Below are positions 9,627-19,327 of a stretch of DNA of 64,000 nucleotides, piece after piece. This DNA comes from Blastocystis sp. Blastoise (lineage: Eukaryota > Protista > Bigyra: Opalinata). The notes under the pieces were generated by a model, which was not told the origin of the DNA, searched no databases, and saw only the letters and a program-made list of their open reading frames with translations. The stretch's first letter is position 1, and the number at the start of each line of letters is the position of its first letter. The stretch spans positions 496,001 to 560,000 of the forward strand of contig JBBPEB010000002.1 in the NCBI GenBank assembly GCA_039096225.1. Reading direction: 5' to 3'. Made by a program: the position numbers and the translations under genes.

Positions 9627-12525
9627 TTATAAATAACTTATAGTTAATTTTACTATACATTTACATTCACTTCTTATTGCATAAATATTCACTTTAGGTA
9701 ATTGATATAAACATTGTCTATTACAATGATATATATTTTGTTTAATACTAGATTTAACACTTTCATAACTTTGGTCTATATTATAGAAATATGGTAGATT
9801 TTCTTTATTAACTATATGTAGTATATTTTGATAATAATTATTACTAGCATATAAGTATATTTTATATTGCCCTTTTTCTTCTATATTATCAGATATAACT
9901 TGTATATTTGTTAAATATGCATTTTGATATTGACTATTCTTTTGTAATTGAAATGATAATGTTGAAATTTCATTAAAATCACAATAAACTTCATCATAAT
10001 CATTAAATTTTACTATATTTTGTTCAGGTTCACAAATACATAATGCTATAGTACCTTTAAATAACTTTGTAAATCTTGTATTATTTGTTGAATAGTAATT
10101 GGAGCATTAATACAACTATAATGTAAATAAGGTGTATTTGTTTGAAATATAAAATTAGGTTCTGGACTTCCATTAATATAACAACAATTAATTTGTTCAT
10201 CTGTTGTAACAGATTTATTTAAAATAATTACATCTTTAATTACTTTTTTTCTAAATTAACTGTAGGTAATGTTTTTGTAAATATAATATCTTGTGTTTCA
10301 CAACTAAGACATAAATTCTTTATTGTTTCATGAGGAAACATAGCATTAATACTATCTCTTAATTCTATAAACCCATTTAATTCAGTTCCATCATTAATTT
10401 TTATATAATTTCCATAAAAACCACTAAATCTAAACCATAATTCATTAATATGTGTTAATCCAGGATGTACTTTAGTATTTACCATTTCATGTAATTGATT
10501 ATTACCTATTGGATTACTTATAGGTATACTACATAATGCATTAGAACTATTATCTACTAAATTACTATGACAACGTAACATTGATTTTCCTTGTGTTATA
10601 TCAGCTGGATTTTCACTTATAATAATAGAATTATCAATTATATCTGTTTTATAATATCTAACAAATGTATATGTATATTTTCTTGTTGTAGAAAAATCTG
10701 TTATTTGTATTTTATCATAAGGATAATTTGTTTTTATAAAATACCATGAATGTTGTTGATTATATGACCCAATGTATTTTTTTCCATCTAATCCATAATA
10801 TTCTTTATTTGATTCAACTGTAAATATAGTAATTTCTATTTCATTATATGAATACCAAAGACGTATTTTATTTAATGTAGCAAAATCTGTCCATATACTA
10901 TTTATACCTAATAGTGTTTTTTCTATTAATTCAATATCTGTATAACTACCTTCAGGAACTAAGGTTGTACGTTCAGTTGTTGCATTATTTACAATGTCTT
11001 CCCTCACTTTTGTGACAATTGCCATGACAATAGCTGACTGTCACTTTCAGTCAGACTTAAATTGACTTAGTCATAAAAATATAAAATTACACTGTCAAAA
11101 ATAAATATTTTGTCACAAATTTTGGTGACAATTGCCACGTGGCAATTTCGTCCAGTGACAGGGAAGACACTGATTATTTATTTTAAATGTATTATTTGTA
11201 GAATTTATTATAATTGGTAAATATATTAGTGTTTGAGATATTTCAGCTTTATAACTTGTATTTCTATATCCTAAAATCTTTTGTATATTAGGTCCCATAG
11301 AAAAATCAAATGATTTTCCAACCATATAAACATGACCATAAGGAATATTATATTCATTAACTCCACCAAAACCTGTAGAAGGATTTGTTGGTTTAGTAGG
11401 ATTTTGTGGTTCTTGACCATCTGAATTTAATTTATAATTAATATAATATAAATTTAATGGTTGTGTTCCACCAAAACTAGTATATAAAGGTATATTTTGA
11501 TTATATCCCTTATAATATGATAATGAATTATCCAATCCTTGAGTATAAAATTGATAACATTGTGTATTTTCATTATTTGTATCTGTTATTCTCCAACCAG
11601 GTAACGATAAATCTTGTTTTAATATTAAATTATCATATTCTTTATGAATAGAAACTCTTAATGCAGTATTAAATTCTGCTTCTGTATAATCACCAGTTGG
11701 AACAATAATTAATTTCTTATCATTTGTTGGAACATGAACTAAAAATATTTTATTATGTTCTTCATCAATATGATATTTATTGGTTCTACGAAATTTATAT
11801 GTATTTTTCTTAACAACATCATAATCGGTAATACAGACATTATCTATTACTTTTAATTGACTATCAGTTGAACTACATACAAAATAAAATGTATCTTTAT
11901 AACTATATGAACCAGTATATGTAACACCATCATAATATGTTTTTGTTTCATTAGCTTTGGCAATATACATAGTAATAGCATTTAAATCATATGTAATAAA
12001 CCAATATAATTTCTTTTGAGCAATACCATCCCATATATTAGACATTTGTTTTGTTAATTCTTGCATATATTCATAATCATAATAATCTCCATTAGGTATT
12101 GTTAATGTATATACTTTATCATACATCCATATTTCAAATTTATTATTATTTTCATTAATTGTAAATTTTGTTTCAATTGGTTCTGGATATGTTTCTATTC
12201 CATATGTTTTAATAGTATTCACAGGATTAGAAGGTAATGCTATTTGAAATCCATATGCTTTTAAGATATCTGCTAACGTATAATAAGTATTAGGATATAA
12301 ATATGTGTAAGAACCATTATAAAAATTCACTGTTTCTTGATTATTCATATTTGTATAAAAAATAGGAATATTTGTATTTCCTTTTAAATTTAAATCAACA
12401 AATCCAATAGTATCAGATTGAACATCAATATTATCATCTAGAGATACCGTAAATTCATTATTTTTACATATTGCATGAATAGGTATTATTTGTGTTTTTA
12501 TTCGAGGGTCACTATCTTCAACCAT
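9627..12525 (-). pseudogene. Long penton/minor-capsid-like gene broken by a MITE and two frameshifts
   Basis: ORFs 11113-12525 and 10240-11025 are in one frame and rejoin (FKINN-ATTERTT) when the MITE plus one TSD is removed; shifted frames continue to CIVKLTISYL*, matching CVVLLTISYI* of 52378-54861. Confidence 0.8.
10992..11172 (-). mobile_element. hAT-type MITE, copy 1
   Basis: Termini CAATGTCTTCCC / GGGAAGACACTG; exact 8-bp TSD ATTATTTA at 10984-10991 and 11173-11180; related to 26612-26804. Confidence 0.92.
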
Positions 12526-12594
12526 TTAAATTAATTATTTAAAATTAAATAAATTTAATTTTATAGAAAATTTTTAGAATAAAAATTATTAATA

Positions 12595-14121
12595 ATGTCA
12601 TCAACAAGATTAGTTAGATATACTGAACCTATAAATATTCAAAGTGGAGTTGACTTAATGAATAGTCAATATGCATTTCATTTTGAATGGACAAATACTG
12701 ATAATAAATTTGTTGATTTTAGTCAATCTTATATTGATTTAGTTGTTCGTACTTCTTCTTATGTAGATCCTGATACAAGTCATAGAATTCCAGAATTTAT
12801 CGAAGGTTGGTCAAGTTATTTAGGAACACAAAATAAATACAATAATGTTAAATGGTTAACTCCAGAAATGTTTATGCATGAACATATTGATGAAATGAAT
12901 CAAAGAGCTAATATTTATTCTATTATAGATAGTACAGAAATTGATATGAATTATGTTCATCCTTCTGGTAAAGAAAAAGCATTAAAAGTAATTGATAGTT
13001 GTATACATGCTAGTAGAGGTCGTAAAATGATTGCATTAAAAGATTTAGATAAAGATATTATTGAAAAATCTATGTATAATGAATCTTTATTTGCTCCTGT
13101 AAAAGGATTAAATTCTTTACGTTTTATTCGAACACATCCAGACCAAGATATTCATATTGCTATTCCTTTGAATTTAATTTGTGCATTAGGTGCTGATAGA
13201 GATAGTGCTGTATTAGTACAACATTTAAAAATGCTTTTTCGTACATCTCTTTTAACTTCATTAGTTGAAAATAATAAAAGTATTCCTTATAGATTTGCTG
13301 ATGTAACAAAAACATCCGATGGATGGATTCCTGCACCAACTAAATGGACATATTTTGATGTAAAATGGTTTAACGATTTTAAATTAATTAGTGCCTCTAT
13401 GACATTAATGACTTATCAGAATATATCATTTCAAAGACATGAATTATTTAAAAGTGTTCCTTCTTATACTCAAGTAGATTATTTTCAAGAAAAAATTACT
13501 GATAGTGTTTCTATTATTAATAAACCTGTTGCTTTTTTCCCTGAATATATCTTATTTTGGTTTAGTGATGGATTCGATTTTAATATTACACCAAATATTG
13601 CTAGTCCCTCTATTTGGCCAGAATATTTAAGTTGTATTTGTGGTAATATACAAATTTTCCCTCAAACTGAATTTCCTACAACTAAATATGGTTATGATAT
13701 TACTAATAAAGGTCATTGTGAAGATGATAATGAACCTTTATCTATTTATAGACCTAATATAGCTTTATATAATATATGGGCAGATAATTCTGTTCTTAAT
13801 ACAGCTGTGAAATATAATGAATGGATAAAACATCCAATATATGTTATTCCTGTTAATAATTTAGCTAATGTTCGTAGTAATACTGGTATGGCATTAATAT
13901 TTGAATCAAAATTACGTGCAAATAAACTTATTTTAAATCATATTGATGATAGTATTTTACCAGATTTTGACAGTTATAATCCTGGAATAACAGAACAAGG
14001 AAATGCAATAGTTCAAGTTAATAGTCATCCTGGATTACAATATACTTATAATACATCAATTAATAAGAATAATCCTTATACTTTACACATGCTTTGTGTT
14101 CGTTCTGCTAGAGATATTTAA
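12595..14121 (+). CDS. Putative major capsid protein 1 (double jelly-roll)
   Basis: 508 aa, beta-rich, N-terminal FVDFSQSYIDL motif; lies in the penton-MCP-ATPase block; paralog of 14183, ortholog of 54944. Confidence 0.65.
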   Translation: MSSTRLVRYTEPINIQSGVDLMNSQYAFHFEWTNTDNKFVDFSQSYIDLVVRTSSYVDPDTSHRIPEFIEGWSSYLGTQNKYNNVKWLTPEMFMHEHIDEMNQRANIYSIIDSTEIDMNYVHPSGKEKALKVIDSCIHASRGRKMIALKDLDKDIIEKSMYNESLFAPVKGLNSLRFIRTHPDQDIHIAIPLNLICALGADRDSAVLVQHLKMLFRTSLLTSLVENNKSIPYRFADVTKTSDGWIPAPTKWTYFDVKWFNDFKLISASMTLMTYQNISFQRHELFKSVPSYTQVDYFQEKITDSVSIINKPVAFFPEYILFWFSDGFDFNITPNIASPSIWPEYLSCICGNIQIFPQTEFPTTKYGYDITNKGHCEDDNEPLSIYRPNIALYNIWADNSVLNTAVKYNEWIKHPIYVIPVNNLANVRSNTGMALIFESKLRANKLILNHIDDSILPDFDSYNPGITEQGNAIVQVNSHPGLQYTYNTSINKNNPYTLHMLCVRSARDI

Positions 14122-14182
14122 TTCTTAAAGAACATAAATATTTTTTTTTAATTCATCAAAATTATTTCAAAAAATAATAATA

Positions 14183-15493
14183 ATGAGTAAAATTCCTGCT
14201 GCTTTTAATCCTAGTAAAAATTATCAAACTATAAAAAATACACAAACACCTATTAGTATAACAAATAATCAATCCTTAATGGACCAACCTTATGTTTTTG
14301 ATTTTTGTTATAACAGTGTGGATAGTCCATATATTGATTTTTCTAATAGTTATATTGAATTATGGCTTAATGTTAGAGCTGTATCCACTAGTGAGCCACC
14401 TGCTACTATTCAAGAATGTAACTTATATTCAATTATTGATAAATTAGCTATTACAATGACATATATAAGTCCTACTGGTGTAGATGTTGCTGTAAATTAT
14501 ACTGAAAATAGTATTGATAGTAGTAAAGCTAGAAAATTTATAGCTTTAAAAGAATTAAGTAAAGATGAAATTGATAGAAGTGTATATTGTGCCAGTGGTG
14601 AAGATTTATATGCTGTAAAAGATAACGTAGAATCTATTAAATTTATGGAATACAGTTCAGGCTCATTAAAAGATACTGTTTATAAAGTAGCAATTCCATT
14701 TATGTTAATTAGTGGTTTAGGTACATTTAATTGTGCTATTAAGGTAAAAACATTAAAAATACAAGTTACTACAAATTATTTAAGAAACATGTGTTCTAAT
14801 ATTGGTAGAATAACACAATTTAATTTATCTCGTGCTTATATTACATTTAAACAAATTTATGATATTAATTGGAAAGGAAATCCTATGGCTCTTATGCGAT
14901 GTATTCCTAATAACTGTCAATTATGTACATTTAGTACTCCATGTTATGAATGGAGTTATACAAATAGTGGAACACAAAATGTCGTTTTAACTCCTTCTGG
15001 AACATTTATTAATAGTCGTAGTGTTAACTTTATTCCAGATTATTGTTTAATGTATTTTACTGATAAAGCAGGAAGTATGTTCCCTATAAATACAGAAATT
15101 CCTACAACTGTATCTTTTCAAATTGGTGGTATTAATGTCACAGGTAGAGAAGATTATCCTCCACAATATAAAAAATTATTTAATTCAAAATCATCGACAA
15201 ATAACGGTTGGACTGGATATTTAACTCCTAATATTGCTCTTTATAATGATTGGAGAGCAAACTGTCATGAACAATCTCCATTAATTGGTGAAAAATGGTA
15301 TGAACAACCATTATATATATTCCCTATTTCCAGTTCAGTGGATGTAAATAATCAATCTGGTGTTGAAGTTAATATTACATTACATAGTACACGTTCAACT
15401 ACTGTTTCTACAGCTGCTGGAAAGACTTTATATTGGATACCTTATGTTAATTTTATTTTTGTGAAGTTTATTAGAAACGGTGCAATGAATTAA
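14183..15493 (+). CDS. Putative major capsid protein 2
   Basis: 436 aa, YIDFSNSYIEL, NLYSIID, S.ARK.IALKEL shared with MCP1; ortholog of 56615. Confidence 0.65.
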   Translation: MSKIPAAFNPSKNYQTIKNTQTPISITNNQSLMDQPYVFDFCYNSVDSPYIDFSNSYIELWLNVRAVSTSEPPATIQECNLYSIIDKLAITMTYISPTGVDVAVNYTENSIDSSKARKFIALKELSKDEIDRSVYCASGEDLYAVKDNVESIKFMEYSSGSLKDTVYKVAIPFMLISGLGTFNCAIKVKTLKIQVTTNYLRNMCSNIGRITQFNLSRAYITFKQIYDINWKGNPMALMRCIPNNCQLCTFSTPCYEWSYTNSGTQNVVLTPSGTFINSRSVNFIPDYCLMYFTDKAGSMFPINTEIPTTVSFQIGGINVTGREDYPPQYKKLFNSKSSTNNGWTGYLTPNIALYNDWRANCHEQSPLIGEKWYEQPLYIFPISSSVDVNNQSGVEVNITLHSTRSTTVSTAAGKTLYWIPYVNFIFVKFIRNGAMN

Positions 15494-15535
15494 TTTTAAT
15501 TTTAAATTTAATTTTTTTTATTATCATAAAAAAAC

Positions 15536-15904
15536 ATGGAAGCTGTATCTCATATGAGTTGTATAAATAGTAGTTTTTATCTTGAAAGATTTAATAATAC
15601 GTTAAATTTAAATAATAAAAATATTACTTATATAAATACTATGATTAATACACTAAAAATAAGAAGTAATAATGATATAACAATGTTACGAGTATATTGT
15701 AATTTTATTGATCATGATAATGATTTAATCATGATTCCTTTATATGCTGAACAAGGATTGGATAATATTTATTCATTAAGTAATATTTCTATTCCTTGTA
15801 TAAATGGTCAATATAATGAAATTTATTGGGAAATATATGACCAATTATATCGTCCAATAACTCTTGATGAAGGAGCTTTAACTATTCATTTTACTGCATG
15901 TTAA
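15536..15904 (+). CDS. Short penton/minor-capsid-like protein (lacks internal ~100 aa)
   Basis: MLRVYCNFID..IPLYAEQG..WEIYDQL aligns with both ends of 57936-58616. Confidence 0.6.
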   Translation: MEAVSHMSCINSSFYLERFNNTLNLNNKNITYINTMINTLKIRSNNDITMLRVYCNFIDHDNDLIMIPLYAEQGLDNIYSLSNISIPCINGQYNEIYWEIYDQLYRPITLDEGALTIHFTAC

Positions 15905-15987
15905 TAATTTTGAGTTTAAATATTGTATTAAGTATAAAGAATTATTATATCAATTATTGTGTTTTGTTTATCAAATAAAATTATTTT

Positions 15988-17037
15988 ATGCCAAAAGAAA
16001 ACAACCAATTAAAATCTAAAAATAAATCATTAGGAGCATTATCATTTAAATTTGATGAAACTGGTGTAGAGACTTATGAATCTAAATTTATTATGATTAT
16101 TGCAAAAACAATGTCTGGAAAATCATTTTTAACCGTGAATTTGTTATGTTGTATGGATTTAGATAATAAATATAGTCAAGTAACATTATTTTGCCCTGAT
16201 GCTTCTAATAAAAATTAATGTTATGCTGGATTACGAGATATTTTGAAACATGCTGATATAAAATTTCAATGGTATGATAGTGAAGATGAAAAATTTAAAA
16301 AGATACGTAATGTAAATGATTTAGTTACAGTTTATAATATTCCACAACACAATTTTATTGTATTAGATGATATATATCCATTAACAATGTATACTAAAGA
16401 ATTAATAATGTCTATATTATCACGTGGAAGACATTATAAACAAAATATGATATGTTGCTTACAAAGTCATTTAAAAATTACAATTCAGTCTATTATTAAT
16501 CAAGTTAGTCATTTATTTGTGAATAGCCAATTACTTAAAGTGAATTTAGATTTTGTTACAGATAAATTAGATTTACCAGTGAATAACCTAAATGAAATTA
16601 TGAATGATACACAATTATTAGAAGACCCTCATCAATTTTATATGTACGCACAAGGTAGTTATGAATTAATACCATGGAAAAATCCTGAATAGAAATCAAA
16701 AGAGGAATTATATAGAATTGTAAAAAAAAGAAAATGGACTGAAGCAGATGAAAAAAAGGAAAAGGAAAAAGAAAAAGAATATAGAAACAATTCTTTATCA
16801 GCAATTTCGAATAAAAAAACTTTAGAAAATATTGAGTCAAAAAAATTGAAAAAATTATTTAATATTGAAGATGATTTTACACCACCAAATATAGAAGAAG
16901 AAAATGAAAATATTCATGGGGATGATGTAATGAGTTTAATCAATAATGAAATAAGAAATCAACGTCAATTAAGCATATATAATCCCTTTAATGAAGGTCG
17001 TCAATTTCTTAATTTTCCTTTAAATAATGAATTTTAA
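15988..17037 (+). pseudogene. A32/FtsK-type packaging ATPase pseudogene
   Basis: AKTMSGKS, FIVLDD, SRGRHY; in-frame TAA 16216-16218 (Glu in element 2), TAG 16690-16692 and a later frameshift; aligns with 58688-59725. Confidence 0.88.
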
Positions 17038-17073
17038 CTTTAATTTGTTTTTATTTTAATTTTATTTTCCTAA

Positions 17074-17868
17074 ATGAGTAGTATCGTTAGACGTAATTTA
17101 GCCTATAACTGTGACCCATCGAAATATGGTGCGGGATTGAATATCCCAGATAAACAAGAAAAAGTAAAAACTTTCAAAAACAGTTATGGTGGTGGATATA
17201 TTGAGGATGAATGTGATAGTGTTTCTAGTTATTCATCATCTGAATCATCATATAGTAGTGATTCATATTCTTCATCAGATAGTAGTGATTCATCTTCTGT
17301 TTATTCTTCTGATGCTGATGATGAAGACACAAATGAAGATGATGGTGATGAAGAAAAAACTGATGGCCCGTAACATTAATTAGAAAAGGTCAAGTATTAT
17401 CAAAGTAAAAAGAAGAAAAAGCCAACAACACAAACGACAACAACATCATCAACATCATCAACAGCAAAAAATAATAAATGGAAATATTATTTTAAATTAG
17501 CTAAGAAATTTATTATTCAAGCTGGAAAGTTATGTTTACATTTAGGTTTGTCATTTGTGTTATCATTAATTTTTAAAGTCTATATAAATGACTTATGGGT
17601 TACTGGTCATGGTACTATAATAAATGCATTTGGTAGATTTTTTAGTAAAGTAATAAGTTTCCTCGGATTTGGTGGTGGATTAAATGGCCCAAATAAAGAT
17701 GTTAATAATGCAAGTGTATCATTGCTAAAAGATGAAATAGATAAGCAAAGAATGAAACCTGGAAATGAAGATATTAATTCAAAAAATGTATCATCTGATT
17801 TAATAGCAAAAACAATGTACACATTAATAGCATTAGACAAATTCATGCATCATGTAAAAAAAAAATAA
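17074..17868 (+). pseudogene. Conserved viral gene split by two in-frame stops
   Basis: MSSIVRRNLAYNCDP matches MSSITKRYLKQNCDP (59781); ORFs 17074 and 17548 are in frame, separated by TAA-CAT-TAA. Confidence 0.6.
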
Positions 17869-17902
17869 AATCCACATAATTTATTTATAAATTCTTTATT
17901 AT

Positions 17903-18085
17903 ATGGAATCAATAAATCAAAATAACTATACGTCATTAAATCATATTTTACAACGTAATTTTGTTGAACAAAGTTGGGACCCATGGTTACCTAACATGTA
18001 TATATGCCAAGATGAACAACCTACACAGCCTATTGCTCACGACCCTTTACTACCTAATTCTATGATAAATTTAGCCCCACATTAA
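17903..18085 (+). CDS. Short or truncated homolog of 60883-62061
   Basis: QSWDPWLPN.YICQDEQP.QP.AHDP nearly identical to the N-terminus of the 392-aa element 2 protein. Confidence 0.7.
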   Translation: MESINQNNYTSLNHILQRNFVEQSWDPWLPNMYICQDEQPTQPIAHDPLLPNSMINLAPH

Positions 18086-18195
18086 ATGATATTTTATTTA
18101 CTTTATATATATAAATATTTTTAAATAAATGTTGGTCTTTTTAATATTTTGTTTAGTTCATTAAATTTTTATATTTTTCTATACTTAAAAGAAAA

Positions 18196-19287
18196 ATGGA
18201 AAGTAATTACATGACAAATACAAAAACAATGACTGGAATTAATAGACTTGCTATTGGTAAAGAGTATTCACCATATAAAGGAAAATCATATGTTCATGAT
18301 ACAAATTATCATAAAGGAGTCCATTGGAATTCTAAAGCTAATTCTTATTTTACAAAACAACAAGAAATTGATGATTCTATTAATCAATCATTTGGTGCTG
18401 GTATCGCTGGATTTATAAGAAATAGTCCAAATAAATCAGTTTTTAAAAGTTTACAACATCCTCATCACAATAATTATGGTGGTGGAATTAATCATCATGG
18501 TTGTTTATCCAATGAAATGGCAAAAAGACTAATTATTACTAATGATTATATTATTCCAAAATTAATTGAACAAAATCATTCCTGTGGAGCTGGTTTAAAG
18601 AAAATCATTAATAAAGAAGCAATTATTGATAATTTTGATTTTAGTGACAAATATGGAGGTAATATACATGTCAAAAAAGGTGGAGCATGGAAAATATTAA
18701 GTACCATTAATAAATATTTACCATTTAAAAGAAATAATGTTTCAAAGAATATTCCAAAAGGTGACGATGATGAAGATATGCCCCCTAGAAGTCATGGATC
18801 AGTAGCTGCTGATTGGAGAGCTTATACTGAAAGGAAACTGAAACATTTAAAAGAAATGGGTAAAATTGCCTTAGTAGCAGGAAAAAAAGATTTAGGCATG
18901 ATAAAAGACACATTTCTTCATCCTGAACCAGATACTACAATTAAAGACAGATTTGACAGTATAAAGCAAAATAGTAGTTTGGTGAAAAAATTTAAAAAAC
19001 TCTACAAGCAAGGCGAAACTAGATATAATACATATCTTTTCAGTAATCCTAAAAATGAAAGTCCCCTCATTGATAGCACATCAACTGATTTTTTTAGATA
19101 TGTTCAAGCAGGTATCGCTGCAAAACAAGAAATAAAGCAAAAAATTCATCATATAAAAAATCAATTATTTAATCATGGAGATAAAAAAAAACCTTATGTT
19201 AAACCCAAAATTGGTGAAACATATCGTGATGCAAATAAAAGCAAAAATGGAGACTTAATCATCAATCCGCATTGTATCGACCTCTGA
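18196..19287 (+). CDS. Putative core precursor 2 (paralog of core 1)
   Basis: GINRLAIGKEY resembles GIIHLGHGKEN/GMNLISTGKEY; GAG, GGG, KKGG motifs; ortholog of 62184. Confidence 0.6.
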   Translation: MESNYMTNTKTMTGINRLAIGKEYSPYKGKSYVHDTNYHKGVHWNSKANSYFTKQQEIDDSINQSFGAGIAGFIRNSPNKSVFKSLQHPHHNNYGGGINHHGCLSNEMAKRLIITNDYIIPKLIEQNHSCGAGLKKIINKEAIIDNFDFSDKYGGNIHVKKGGAWKILSTINKYLPFKRNNVSKNIPKGDDDEDMPPRSHGSVAADWRAYTERKLKHLKEMGKIALVAGKKDLGMIKDTFLHPEPDTTIKDRFDSIKQNSSLVKKFKKLYKQGETRYNTYLFSNPKNESPLIDSTSTDFFRYVQAGIAAKQEIKQKIHHIKNQLFNHGDKKKPYVKPKIGETYRDANKSKNGDLIINPHCIDL

Positions 19288-19327
19288 AGAAATTAGAAAA
19301 GAAATTATTAAGGATAATAATGCTAGT

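Noticed and set aside
16216-17379. Alternative genetic code (TAA/TAG read-through) suggested by in-frame stops in element 1
   Set aside because: Orthologous genes in both elements end at TAA at matching positions, element 2 has no such internal stops, and frameshifts co-occur; decay is simpler.
17370-17388. Micro-intron removing the TAA-CAT-TAA stops
   Set aside because: Available GT..AG spans (14 or 19 nt) break the frame and lack the GTAT donor seen in the other introns.
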